Source: Nitrospirota bacterium
Lineage (GTDB): Bacteria; Nitrospirota; Thermodesulfovibrionia; Thermodesulfovibrionales; Dissulfurispiraceae
DNA length: 64,000 bases
Reading direction: 5' to 3'
Assembly: GCA_040758355.1 (NCBI GenBank)
Contig: JBFLWF010000005.1
Span: 32,001 to 96,000 of the forward strand
Shown here piece by piece: positions 46,176 to 55,851 of the stretch. A program made the position numbers and the translations under genes. The notes below the pieces were generated by a model. It was not told the origin of the DNA. It saw only the letters and a list, made by a program, of their open reading frames with translations, and searched no databases. How positions within the stretch are numbered: the first letter of the stretch is position 1; every line of letters begins with the position of its first letter.

Positions 46176-47351
46176 TCAGAATCCGAATTCCTTCAAAAGG
46201 TCATCCACATCTGCCTGGGAGACCTCTTCGGGAGTTACTTCTGCCTTTGCACCGTGTTCTATCTTTACTCCGAAGGTTGCTATCAACTTAACAAGCTCTT
46301 CTTCTATGTCGCCCACAAGTTTAATCACCTTCTTTATTGTCTGGCCCGTAATATCCTGAAAGGACTGGGCAGTAAGTATCTCTGTCAGATCGTCCTCAAG
46401 TTTATTCTTAAAATCCTTTAAATAGGCTACAGATTCATCGGGTTCCTTGAGGTTTCTTATGTGCGTGGCAAGGTCGTCCATTCCGAGTATATATTTCTCG
46501 ACTATGCCCATTGTCTTATTTGCTGCATCTTCTGTTTTCTCTATAACAAACTGAAGCTTGTCGATTGCGCTGGGCATATCCGTTATTGCCATGTCCTTAA
46601 GCCTCGGATCTATTGCCTCTTTGAAGCTCCTTATGGCATCGTGAAGTTTTCTTGTAACCTTTCCAACCTCTTTAAAAAGATCGCTCTGGCCTTTATTCAT
46701 TATTTTCTGGATAGCCTCGTCAGCCTTCTCGTAATCCTGCGCTGCTATGGCATTCATAAAACCGACCATATCATCAAGGAGGGCGTATCTTGGATCGTTG
46801 GAGCTTATACCCTTTTTCTCGAAAAAGTCCTTTGCATCCATCACTTCTTTGACCACCATCTCTCCACCCATCCCCTCTATTTTCTTCACAACCTCAACCT
46901 TATCGCCCGCCTCCTTTACCTCAAACACCTCTTCTTCAAAAATGCTCATGTCCTCAACAGGGATGAGCTTTTTTGTATCGAGCATCACGACAAGTTTATC
47001 ATCGACCTTTGCAACCCCCGATACAATATCGGAGGCATTAAAATCCGTGGGCGGCTCTATCTCCGACTCCTCTATCGTAATCACGCCGGTTATGCTGTCA
47101 ACAAGAACTCCAAAGGTAATGCGACCGCTTGTAACGACGATTACCTTTTCTCCAACAGTGCCGCCGTTCAAACCGGCAAGTTTCTTAAGATCCACAACAG
47201 GTATTATTCTTCCCCTGAGATTGGCAATACCCTCTATATAACCGGGCGCCTGCGGCAGTTTTGTCAAAGACGGCAAGTTTATAATCTCCTGAACCTTTAA
47301 TATTGGTATTGTGTATTCGTTGTTGTTCATTGTAAAACCTATATATTGCAT
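46176..47351 (-). CDS. CheW-CheZ fusion protein
   Basis: N-terminal CheW (VQEII, GIANLRGRIIPVVDL, GVLVD); C-terminal CheZ (TEDAA, QSFQDITGQ, SQADVDDLLKEFGF). Confidence 0.88.
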   Translation of the reverse strand: MQYIGFTMNNNEYTIPILKVQEIINLPSLTKLPQAPGYIEGIANLRGRIIPVVDLKKLAGLNGGTVGEKVIVVTSGRITFGVLVDSITGVITIEESEIEPPTDFNASDIVSGVAKVDDKLVVMLDTKKLIPVEDMSIFEEEVFEVKEAGDKVEVVKKIEGMGGEMVVKEVMDAKDFFEKKGISSNDPRYALLDDMVGFMNAIAAQDYEKADEAIQKIMNKGQSDLFKEVGKVTRKLHDAIRSFKEAIDPRLKDMAITDMPSAIDKLQFVIEKTEDAANKTMGIVEKYILGMDDLATHIRNLKEPDESVAYLKDFKNKLEDDLTEILTAQSFQDITGQTIKKVIKLVGDIEEELVKLIATFGVKIEHGAKAEVTPEEVSQADVDDLLKEFGF

Positions 47352-47373
47352 ATATGCCCCTCCATAAAATTAT

Positions 47374-49125
47374 TTACTTACTCGTTTTAAATATTCCTCT
47401 TGAAACTACTGCGAGGTCGAGGATTAAAACAACCTTTCCATCGCCCGTAATTGTTGCCCCCAGGATGCCGCACTCTTCGGACTCTATGCCGTTGATGGTC
47501 TTAATAACAATCTCTTCCTGTCCTAACAACTCATCTACGGATATGCAGAATCTCCTGTCGCCAACTGTTGCAACAAGTACATAGCTGTTATCATGGTCTA
47601 TTTCGGACATCCTCCTTACACCAAGCACCTCAGACATTTCGAACATGGGCAAAACCTTACCGCGTATGGTCAATACCCTCTGGCCTGTTACATCCTTTAT
47701 GTCGCTCTTTTTAACCCTGAGTGTCTCTTCTATCATGGACTGTGGTATTGCATAATACTCGCCGCCTATTCTCACCATCATTGCCTGAAGGATTGCAAGG
47801 GTTAACGGCAGGCTTATTTTGAACGTGCTTCCGATATCCTTTTTAGTGATTACCTCAACATATCCATTCAGCTTTGCCACATTTGTCTTTACGACATCCA
47901 TTCCAACGCCGCGGCCGCTCAGTTCTGTGGAAACCTCCTTTGTGGAAAATCCTGGCAGGAATATAAGGTTTATTGCCGCATCATCAGACATCCTCTGCGC
48001 CTCTTCCTCTGTTATCAGACCTTTTGACAACGCCTTTTTCTTGACAGACTCAACGTCTATGCCCTTTCCGTCATCGGATACCTCTATAACAATCATCGTG
48101 CCCTTCTGATAGGCACTGATAATTATCCTGCCCTTCTTCAGCTTTCCTTTGGCTTCCCTTTCTTCAGGGGATTCTATGCCGTGGTCTATGGAATTTCTTA
48201 TGATATGCACAAGGGGATCGCCGATATTTTCTATGACTGTCTTATCCACCTCTGTATCTTCGCCGAATATTTCTAAATCAATGTCCTTTCCTAAATTCCT
48301 CGACATATCTCTGACCATCCTCGGAAACTTGCCGAAGACCTTCTGGATGGGCTGCATCCTCATCTTCATTACAGCTAACTGCAAATCCGATGTAACCCTG
48401 TCGAGAAATCCCGTTGTCTCAAGAAGGCTTTCAACATGAGGGTCTCCAGAATAGCTGAGGTCGAGTTTGGCAGCAAGGTTAAGGAGCCTGTTTCTCGCAA
48501 GCACGATCTCTCCTGCGAGGTCCATTACCTTATCTATTCTCGACACATCGACCCTGAGCGTAGAGACAACCTCCCGCTCCTTTGTTATCTGCTGCACCTC
48601 TTCAACAGCAGGTGAAGGTAAAGGTTTAGGTGACTCTGCTCTCACTTCAACCTTTTCCTCTGCTTTTTCTTCTATCTCTTCCTTTGCCTCTATCTTTTCC
48701 TTTTCCTTAACCTCTGCTTTTGCCTCTCCTCCTGCAACTGCCATTTCCAGAGCAGAATCCAGCCCTCTTAAAAGGTCTGATGTATCTTCCTCTATTCCAT
48801 CCTTGAGTTTTATATGAAATATAAGAAGCCTTAAGGTATCCACGCTCTTAAGGATTACATCCATCAATTCCCGTGAAAGGGCGACTTCGCCGTCACGGAG
48901 CCTTTTCATGATGCTCTCTGCCCTGTGGGCAACATCCACAATCTGCTGAAAGCCCAGGAATCCTGCAGCACCCTTAAGGGTATGCATTCCCCGGAATATT
49001 TCATTGAGAATGTCCTTGTCATACCCCTTTGTCTCCAGCTCCACAAACATGGGGTCGATTTTTTCCAGAGTTTCTTCCGCCTCTGTAACAAATTCGCTTA
49101 TAATCTCATCCATCTCGTCAGCCAT
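47374..49125 (-). CDS. cheA: Chemotaxis histidine kinase
   Basis: HPT HTLKG, LVHIIRNSIDHG, DDGKG, SGRGVGMD, C-terminal CheW domain. Confidence 0.96.
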   Translation of the reverse strand: MADEMDEIISEFVTEAEETLEKIDPMFVELETKGYDKDILNEIFRGMHTLKGAAGFLGFQQIVDVAHRAESIMKRLRDGEVALSRELMDVILKSVDTLRLLIFHIKLKDGIEEDTSDLLRGLDSALEMAVAGGEAKAEVKEKEKIEAKEEIEEKAEEKVEVRAESPKPLPSPAVEEVQQITKEREVVSTLRVDVSRIDKVMDLAGEIVLARNRLLNLAAKLDLSYSGDPHVESLLETTGFLDRVTSDLQLAVMKMRMQPIQKVFGKFPRMVRDMSRNLGKDIDLEIFGEDTEVDKTVIENIGDPLVHIIRNSIDHGIESPEEREAKGKLKKGRIIISAYQKGTMIVIEVSDDGKGIDVESVKKKALSKGLITEEEAQRMSDDAAINLIFLPGFSTKEVSTELSGRGVGMDVVKTNVAKLNGYVEVITKKDIGSTFKISLPLTLAILQAMMVRIGGEYYAIPQSMIEETLRVKKSDIKDVTGQRVLTIRGKVLPMFEMSEVLGVRRMSEIDHDNSYVLVATVGDRRFCISVDELLGQEEIVIKTINGIESEECGILGATITGDGKVVLILDLAVVSRGIFKTSK

Positions 49126-49141
49126 GTTTAGCCCCCTGATA

Positions 49142-49546
49142 TTATCCCGCCTTTAGGGATGTTTTCTTATCTGCTATCTTTTCAAGCTTCTCTTTCAATA
49201 CCTCGGCTGTAAATGGTTTCACAATATAATTATCAACTCCTGACTTGATTGCCTCGATAACCTTTTCCTTTTCGGCCTCGGCAGTTACCATGAGGAATGG
49301 TATATTTTTCAGCGGCTCCGCCTCCTGCCTGATATTTCTCAGGAGGTCTATGCCTTCCATATTGGGCATGTTCCAATCAGATACTACTAATCCGTAATTT
49401 CCGCTTTTCAGTTTATTAAGTGCTTGCACACCGTCCTCAGCCTCATCTATATTCTCAAAACCTATTTGTTTGAGAAGGTTTTTCACTATCCTCCTCATCG
49501 TCGGGAAGTCGTCCACCACAAGCACCTTGATGCCAAAGTTAAACAT
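49142..49546 (-). CDS. cheY: Chemotaxis response regulator
   Basis: [34 protein letters not shown]. Confidence 0.93.
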   Translation of the reverse strand: MFNFGIKVLVVDDFPTMRRIVKNLLKQIGFENIDEAEDGVQALNKLKSGNYGLVVSDWNMPNMEGIDLLRNIRQEAEPLKNIPFLMVTAEAEKEKVIEAIKSGVDNYIVKPFTAEVLKEKLEKIADKKTSLKAG

Positions 49547-49931
49547 TACCCTCACCTCCTGTACTAAACATCTTTTTAAGTATCTTTTTTATGCTTTCAT
49601 TTATCTGATCCGCATTGGTGGGTTTGACCAAATAGTCGTCGGCGCCGGCTTCAAATGCCCTTTTCTTCTCATCCTCGTCAGCTTCTGTAGTAACCATGAC
49701 AATGGGAATGTTGCTTAATGACGGGTCCGACTTCAAGTTCTTTGTCAGCTCTATTCCATCCATATAAGGCATGTTCATATCGGTAAGGATGAAGTTGATA
49801 TTCTCTGTTCCCACCTTTTCCATGGCATCCAGCCCGTTTTCTGCGGTTATTACCTCGTATCCCTTGCCTTTGAGGTACAAACTTAACAATTTCCTTGTGG
49901 TTTTGTCATCATCAACAACCAATATCTTCAT
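49539..49931 (-). CDS. Single-domain response regulator (CheY-like)
   Basis: VVDDD, DMNMP, TTE, KP. Confidence 0.9.
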   Translation of the reverse strand: MKILVVDDDKTTRKLLSLYLKGKGYEVITAENGLDAMEKVGTENINFILTDMNMPYMDGIELTKNLKSDPSLSNIPIVMVTTEADEDEKKRAFEAGADDYLVKPTNADQINESIKKILKKMFSTGGEGNV

Positions 49932-49947
49932 CTATAACCTCCACCCC

Positions 49948-50778
49948 TTATACTTTCTGATAGACAATTACCTTATTAATAACAATAGGTCTGAAAGCCC
50001 TCGTCACATTGTGAAGGCTTTCTGACGTGCCCACAAACAGATAACCGTTCGGCCTCAATGCGTCGTACAGGTTGGCAACCGCCCTCTGTTTTGCCTTATC
50101 ATCGAAATATATGAGGACATTCCTGCAGAATATGATATCAACACCGCGTACTGCTTTTACGTCTCTGTCCTCTATAAGATTGACCTTCATGAACCTGGTC
50201 AGGGATTTTACACTATGCGATATGGAATACTGCTGGTTGGCCCCATTAAAATACTTCTTTAAATACACTTCCGGAACATTCCTGATTGCATACGACCCAT
50301 AAACGCCGGACTTTGCAGAGCTTAAAACAGACTCGCTGATGTCAGAGGCGTATATCTCTTTTCTAATGGCACCCGCCTCTAATTTCTCCATGAGTATCAT
50401 TGCAATGGTATAGGGCTCTTCTCCTGTTGAACATGCTGCGGACCATATCTTTATGTCCTTACGTCCGGTTTTGGTATTTTCAGCTATGATGCGGTTAAAA
50501 AGTTCCCCGGCAAAAACATCGAACTGCTGCGGCTCCCTGAAAAAGAATGTCTCATTGGTGGTCACCAGATTAAACATTATATTGAGCTCGTTTTTATCGG
50601 AACCGTATTTCAGGATATAGAGGTAGTCTTCGTATCCCTTGAGATTCTTTTCCTGCACCCTTCTTCCAAGCCTGTTTTCGAGAAAATATTTCTTGTTATC
50701 GGGGATGAAAATGCCGCTCCTCTCGTATATAAAATCCCTGAGTTGTTTGAAAACATCATCGGTCATTAATAGGCTCAT
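49948..50778 (-). CDS. cheR: Chemotaxis methyltransferase
   Basis: TTNETFFFRE, WSAACSTGEEPY, FCRNVLIYFD. Confidence 0.96.
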   Translation of the reverse strand: MSLLMTDDVFKQLRDFIYERSGIFIPDNKKYFLENRLGRRVQEKNLKGYEDYLYILKYGSDKNELNIMFNLVTTNETFFFREPQQFDVFAGELFNRIIAENTKTGRKDIKIWSAACSTGEEPYTIAMILMEKLEAGAIRKEIYASDISESVLSSAKSGVYGSYAIRNVPEVYLKKYFNGANQQYSISHSVKSLTRFMKVNLIEDRDVKAVRGVDIIFCRNVLIYFDDKAKQRAVANLYDALRPNGYLFVGTSESLHNVTRAFRPIVINKVIVYQKV

Positions 50779-52640
50779 AGAGAGTTTAATGCCTCCTTTA
50801 TCTTGTCTCTCACGTCAGGATTGGGATGTTCCTCGTGAACAGCCAATGCCTCGTATGCCTCCCTTCCGCCTATTTCACCGATTGCATCGATGGCAGACAT
50901 GACAACAGGGATAAATTCATCGTGGAGCATTGTGCCTATCATGCTTATGGCCTTTTCCTTATCGCATGAGAAGGCTATTGCCTTAATGGTATAAAATCGC
51001 ACCCACGGGTCGTCATCCTGCAGGGCATTAAATAACTCAGGAGGGCAATAGTGCGTCTCGCCGAGAGCTACCACCGCTGCTTTTCTTATATCAGAATCTC
51101 TGTCTCTCAAAAAACTGATGAGCATGGCAGTGGCGTCGTCGGTTGCAGTACGTCCAAGTCCGTATATTGCAGCTATCTTCACTTTCTTATTCTGGTCATC
51201 TGCAAGTTTCGAAAGAACATCCACATCAGATACGGTCTTCGCTATTATCTCACGGACATTGTCGCGGTACTTTGGCATATCAGCCAAAAAGATATCCGCA
51301 TCTATCTTTATAAGTGATTCAACGATCTTTTCGATAACATCATAATACTTCTCCACCTCTAATAGATCCATCAATGCTTTAAATGCATCCTTTGCCTGTA
51401 TATTGCCGAGGGCCTCTATGGCAGAGCGTCTGACATGGGCATCCACATCCTTCAAGGATACTTCGAGGAGGTGTCCCGTGGATCTCGGCTCTCCTATTTC
51501 ACCGAGGGCCTCGACAGACGCCCTTCTTAAGTCCCTCCTCATGTCATCGAGATAATCGACCAGCTTTGAGACAGCCTTTTTGCTTCTGGTAGTGCCCAGT
51601 ATTTCTATGGCAAAAGACTTGCCCCTGTATTTCATGTCAGGCGAGTCGAGCAGATTCAATAATTCATCCTCCGAGTCCATAGAACTGATAGCATCCCTCA
51701 ATAATACAATCCTCTCTTCGCTTTCAGGCAACGACGGGTCTAAAGAACCTGCAATATCCACCAGCACAGGCACCGCCTCCCGGCAGTTTAAGGAAACAAT
51801 GCCCTTCAGGGCTATCTCCTTTTCCTCCCAGTCTCCGTCCTTGAGCAGCTTTATAAGATGTCCCGACAGGTCGGCCATTTCAGGGGTAATCCCTATTTGG
51901 ATAAGGCTCTTTATAACTGCACTCCCTTCATCAACAGACGCCTTTGGCAAATATCCTATCAGCGCATCCACAGCCTTGTCAGAGCCGAGCTTTCCCAATG
52001 CCTCGATAGCAGCAAAACAGACTGCTGCAGACGAATTGGCGAGGAGGAACGCTATATCTCTCACAGCCTCCCCGGCCTTGAGCTCTCCAAGGGCATCGAG
52101 TGCAGAAAAACATACCCACTCTTCATCCTTAAGCGCCTTTATCAATTCCGGAATAGAATCCCTGTATCCCAGCAAACCAAGGCTCTTTGCGGCAGCAGCC
52201 CTTACATTTGCGTTAGGGTCTTTGAGGAGCGGCATAATCATTGACGGCTCGACTCCTCTCTTTATATCTCCCATAAGGTCGATGGCAAACTTCCTGATAT
52301 CATCGTCCTTATCCTTTAAGAGTGGGTAGAGGAGCGGCACTGCCACTCCGTCAAGTGCAGTGAGGATGATTAAAGCGGTATTTCTAAGATAGGAATTCTC
52401 CCTTAACAGTGGCAACACCATGTAACCGGCGACTTCGCCTGAATAACCATCCCCCAGTCCTATAGCGATAAGGGAGCGCATCGAGGCATCCTGAACCCCT
52501 GCATTCTCATCGCTCAGCGCCTTAATAAGCGGATATATCGCCCTCTCGTCCCCTCCTGATAAATCTTCTGCAGCCCTCCTTCTTATAGAAGGGTCTTTAT
52601 CACCGAGCTTCTGGATCAGTTTTTTAATGTTTTTGATCAT
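50775..52640 (-). CDS. HEAT/PBS-lyase repeat protein
   Basis: Repeated L.D.D..VR..A..ALG units. Confidence 0.9.
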   Translation of the reverse strand: MIKNIKKLIQKLGDKDPSIRRRAAEDLSGGDERAIYPLIKALSDENAGVQDASMRSLIAIGLGDGYSGEVAGYMVLPLLRENSYLRNTALIILTALDGVAVPLLYPLLKDKDDDIRKFAIDLMGDIKRGVEPSMIMPLLKDPNANVRAAAAKSLGLLGYRDSIPELIKALKDEEWVCFSALDALGELKAGEAVRDIAFLLANSSAAVCFAAIEALGKLGSDKAVDALIGYLPKASVDEGSAVIKSLIQIGITPEMADLSGHLIKLLKDGDWEEKEIALKGIVSLNCREAVPVLVDIAGSLDPSLPESEERIVLLRDAISSMDSEDELLNLLDSPDMKYRGKSFAIEILGTTRSKKAVSKLVDYLDDMRRDLRRASVEALGEIGEPRSTGHLLEVSLKDVDAHVRRSAIEALGNIQAKDAFKALMDLLEVEKYYDVIEKIVESLIKIDADIFLADMPKYRDNVREIIAKTVSDVDVLSKLADDQNKKVKIAAIYGLGRTATDDATAMLISFLRDRDSDIRKAAVVALGETHYCPPELFNALQDDDPWVRFYTIKAIAFSCDKEKAISMIGTMLHDEFIPVVMSAIDAIGEIGGREAYEALAVHEEHPNPDVRDKIKEALNSL

Positions 52641-52670
52641 TAATTACCCCCATTGCAGAGTCAGGATTAT

Positions 52671-52705
52671 AGAATACAAGATGCAGGATACAAGATACAA
52701 GGTAT
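52671..52705. repeat. 7-bp tandem array abutting element copy C
   Basis: agaatac aagatgc aggatac aagatac aaggtat. Confidence 0.75.
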
Positions 52706-52714
52706 CCACCACAT

Positions 52715-52910
52715 AAATTGAGCAATTCTTATTTTAGAATTATGTGTCAGGTGCTGCGAAAAGACTTTAAACCACGCACTTGTATTAACTTTTATCTTGT
52801 ATCCGTCATCTACTACATTGGATACTCGATGGTTATTGCATTTATTCTCTCTCATATGCACTTGAAATAGCACTTTTTAAAGGCTTTGAGCAGTGCCTGA
52901 CACATAAAAT
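52715..52910 (-). mobile_element. ~200-bp inverted-repeat element, copy C
   Basis: AAATTGAGCAATTC...TATGTGTCAGGTGCTGCGAAAAGAC...TTTGAGCAGTGCCTGACACATA. Confidence 0.88.
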
Positions 52911-52916
52911 TAAGCA

Positions 52917-53657
52917 TCACCTTCTAAATTTCTCCATCCTGCTTTTCAGCTTAACAAGGACCTTGCCGTGCAGTTGACAGACCCTCGACTCGCTGATATC
53001 CAGAACCCTGCCTATTTCCTTCATTGTAAGTTCTTCAAAATAATAAAGTGTTATCACAAGCCTCTCTTTCTCAGGAAGTTCGTCTATGGCGCTGCCGAGG
53101 GCAGACCTTAACTCCTTTAGATTCAACTCATCCAGCATGTCCCTCTCATCCTCTTTTGATATACATTCGAGAATATCGAGCGATTCGCCGTCCTTGCTTA
53201 CTCCTAAATCCTCCAGACTTATCATGTTCATGGTATTGGCTATGGATAAGGTCTTGTAGAGCTCGTCGAGGGTTATGTTCAGCCTTTCCGCAACCTCTTC
53301 ATCCGTGGCAATCCGGTTAAAGCTCTTTTCGAGTTCGGAATAGGCTTTTCTAACCGCTTCCAGCTTCTTTCGTGCATCCTTTGATGCCCACTGCATGGAG
53401 CGGATCTCATCGATTATGGCGCCCCTTATTCTAAAGTCTGCAAAGGTGCTGAGCGTTGCGTTCATGGAGGGGTCATACCGCTCTATTGCCTCTAAAAGTC
53501 CTACTATTCCTGCCGATACTAAATCTTCAATGCTTAATTCCGGAGGGAGGCAAAAGGCATATTTGCTCGCATAATATTTTACCCTCGGCAAAAACTGCTC
53601 TATTATCCTCTCTTTCTCTTTTTCGGATACTTTTCGTTTTTTTGATATTTTTCCCAT
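52917..53657 (-). CDS. fliA: Flagellar sigma factor 28
   Basis: DLVSAGIVGL, RIRGAIIDEIR, LYYFEELTMKEIG, SESRVCQLH. Confidence 0.96.
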   Translation of the reverse strand: MGKISKKRKVSEKEKERIIEQFLPRVKYYASKYAFCLPPELSIEDLVSAGIVGLLEAIERYDPSMNATLSTFADFRIRGAIIDEIRSMQWASKDARKKLEAVRKAYSELEKSFNRIATDEEVAERLNITLDELYKTLSIANTMNMISLEDLGVSKDGESLDILECISKEDERDMLDELNLKELRSALGSAIDELPEKERLVITLYYFEELTMKEIGRVLDISESRVCQLHGKVLVKLKSRMEKFRR

Positions 53658-53665
53658 TGATTAAT

Positions 53666-53887
53666 TATAACCAAATTGAGCAATTCTGATTTAGAAAATA
53701 TATGTCAGGTGCGGCGAAAAGACTTTAAACCCCGCACTTGTATTAACATTTATCTTGTATCCGTCATTTACAACATCGGATACTTGTTGGGTGATGCACT
53801 TATAATCTCCTGTAATACACTTGAAATAGCACTTTTTAAAGTCTTTGAGCCGTGCCTGACATATAAAATCGCTCAATTCAGGCTATA
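53666..53887 (-). mobile_element. 222-bp inverted-repeat element, copy D (most intact)
   Basis: Outer IR TATAACCAAATTGAGC / GCTCAATTCAGGCTATA; inner IR TATATGTCAGG...AAAGACTTTAAA / TTTAAAGTCTTT...CCTGACATATA. Confidence 0.9.
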
Positions 53888-53896
53888 ACAAGTTCC

Positions 53897-54715
53897 TTAC
53901 CCAACCCTCAGTGCCTTTTTTAAGAAGAACTGTATATTCCCCTTTACCTCATTGAGTGGATTATCAAGCACCTTCTTTCCTATGGCTGCCAGCCTTTTCG
54001 TGAAGTTGCTGTTCGGATACATTGCTATAAAGCCCTTCTGGGCAATTATCGCATCCTTCACATGCTGGTCAAAGGGCAGATATCCAAGGTAATCTATCGA
54101 GAGGTTAAGGAACTTATCAGCAACGATTGCCAGTTTCCTGAAGGTATCGAATGCCTCCTTCTCGGAGCGGGCTGTGTTGACGAGGATCCTGAAATGCCTT
54201 TCCTGAAAATCCCTCGAAAGCACCTTTATCAGGGCATATGCATCGGCTATGGATGTTGGCTCCGGGGTTACGACCACTATCGTTTCCTGTGCAGCACTGC
54301 AGAAAAACAATACATTGTCCGATATGCCTGCACCGGTATCGATCAAGAATATATCAAATGCCATATCAAACTCATCCAGCTCCGAAACAAGCTTTAATCT
54401 ATGCCTGTCTGTCAGCTTTGTAAGCTCTCTGATGCCCGAGCTTGCCGGAAGTATCATTATCCCAAGAGGCCCTGTGACGATAATGTCCTTTATCCTCTTT
54501 TCTCCCAGAAGCACGTGCTTGAGATTGTATTTGGGGGCTATGCCGAATAACACATCTATGTTGCTCAGTCCTAAATCGGCATCGAGTACGAGCACCCTCT
54601 TATTGAGGCTTGCGTAGAACAGGGCAAGGTTGGCGACGAAATTTGTCTTTCCAACACCGCCCTTTCCGCTTGAGACAGCAATTATCCGCGGCCCGCTGAT
54701 ATTATTAACGTTCAT
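53897..54715 (-). CDS. flhG: MinD-like ATPase FlhG/FleN
   Basis: SGKGGVGKT, DADLGL, DTGAGI, TPEPTSIADAYA. Confidence 0.93.
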   Translation of the reverse strand: MNVNNISGPRIIAVSSGKGGVGKTNFVANLALFYASLNKRVLVLDADLGLSNIDVLFGIAPKYNLKHVLLGEKRIKDIIVTGPLGIMILPASSGIRELTKLTDRHRLKLVSELDEFDMAFDIFLIDTGAGISDNVLFFCSAAQETIVVVTPEPTSIADAYALIKVLSRDFQERHFRILVNTARSEKEAFDTFRKLAIVADKFLNLSIDYLGYLPFDQHVKDAIIAQKGFIAMYPNSNFTKRLAAIGKKVLDNPLNEVKGNIQFFLKKALRVG

Positions 54716-55761
54716 TAAACACCTCCGACAATCAGACCTGCAAGAAATTCAGGAGTAGGAATCCTTATGTCATCAGGGACATCCGGACCTGTAGCAACAA
54801 AGGATAATGGACGGCTGGTAAGGAGTGAAAGGTTATAAAGGCTTCCATACTGTGTCGCCATATCCAGCTTTGTAAAACCTATGGAATCGATCATATCGGG
54901 ATTGCACCTCTGCCATGCCTTTAGCGCTGCCTGCGTATCCATGGAGGCATCCATAAGAAAGCATTTCTTCATCGGGAACCCTGAAGGAAATATCTCCCTT
55001 ATATCCTCCAGTATTTCTTTATACTCATATCCAGGCGTATCGATGAGGATGGGACCTCTTCCCATCTCACGGTATACGATCTTCGGCAGGTCACTCACAT
55101 TTCTTATAACCCTCAACGGGCACTTGATCTGTTTTGAAAGCTCCTTCATGTATGCCATAGAGCCTATCCTGTTGTCATCGAGGGAGATGAGATTTACCGG
55201 TTTCTTTTTCGATGCAAGCAAATGGGCCACCTTTGACATGGTCGTGGTTTTGCCGACGCCGGGAGGGCCGAGGAATATAAGCCCGCTCTCCTCTGCAGGC
55301 AGCATACCCTGTATCTTTAAATCATTCTTTATAACGCCCTTGAGACTGTCCAGAGAGTCCTGCGCCCTTTCGAGCAAGATTATGGCGAACTGTGTATCAA
55401 CGCCCTGTTTCACGAGGAGATTGAACAATCCCTTTTTATCCTTTCCGATCCTGAGGGCAGGCACTATTGGCCGCAGTGTTTCCTTTAAGAAGCCCATCTC
55501 ATCCCTTAGTCCCCTTATCTCTTTCAGTATCTCCTCGACATCTGAAAATCCCGCCTTTACAGCAGGATTAATGTTTACTGCAATATCCCCCATAGAATCG
55601 TCTATGGCAGCAGTGACTTCAACGGCATCTTTGTTGATGATCCCGAAAGGCCCTGTCTTTACAGACTTGCTCGAAAGTATTATTGCGTCAGGCCCGAGCT
55701 CCTTCTTCACCGTCTCAAGGGCTTCTTTAAAACTACGACCAACGAATTTCTTGATTTTCAT
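54715..55761 (-). CDS. flhF: SRP-family GTPase FlhF
   Basis: MKIKKF...VKKELGPDAII, GPPGVGKTT, DTPG, TKLD. Confidence 0.92.
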   Translation of the reverse strand: MKIKKFVGRSFKEALETVKKELGPDAIILSSKSVKTGPFGIINKDAVEVTAAIDDSMGDIAVNINPAVKAGFSDVEEILKEIRGLRDEMGFLKETLRPIVPALRIGKDKKGLFNLLVKQGVDTQFAIILLERAQDSLDSLKGVIKNDLKIQGMLPAEESGLIFLGPPGVGKTTTMSKVAHLLASKKKPVNLISLDDNRIGSMAYMKELSKQIKCPLRVIRNVSDLPKIVYREMGRGPILIDTPGYEYKEILEDIREIFPSGFPMKKCFLMDASMDTQAALKAWQRCNPDMIDSIGFTKLDMATQYGSLYNLSLLTSRPLSFVATGPDVPDDIRIPTPEFLAGLIVGGV

Positions 55762-55782
55762 CTATCTGCCCCCCTCTTTAAT

Positions 55783-55851
55783 AGTCATTAAGCTATTAAG
55801 TCATTGAGTTATTAAGTTATTAATTACTATTTACTTAATTACTTATTTACT
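55783..55851. repeat. Inverted pair of 8-bp arrays between flhA and flhF
   Basis: agtcatta agctatta agtcattg agttatta agttatta / ttacttaa ttacttat ttact. Confidence 0.8.

Noticed and set aside
12416..53887. Repeats as a CRISPR array
   Set aside because: Copies are dispersed and ~200 bp, with no repeat-spacer periodicity and no cas genes.
53676..53888. Short ORFs across element copies (53691-53876, 53676-53888, 52667-52873) as a small-protein family
   Set aside because: The equivalent sense frame has a TAG stop in copy B and an indel in copy A; conservation follows base pairing rather than codons.
54881..55807. Long antisense ORFs (also 46461-47300, 51580-52329, 40185-40850, 11402-12025, 12564-13106)
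   Set aside because: Shadows of well-supported opposite-strand genes with no recognisable motifs.
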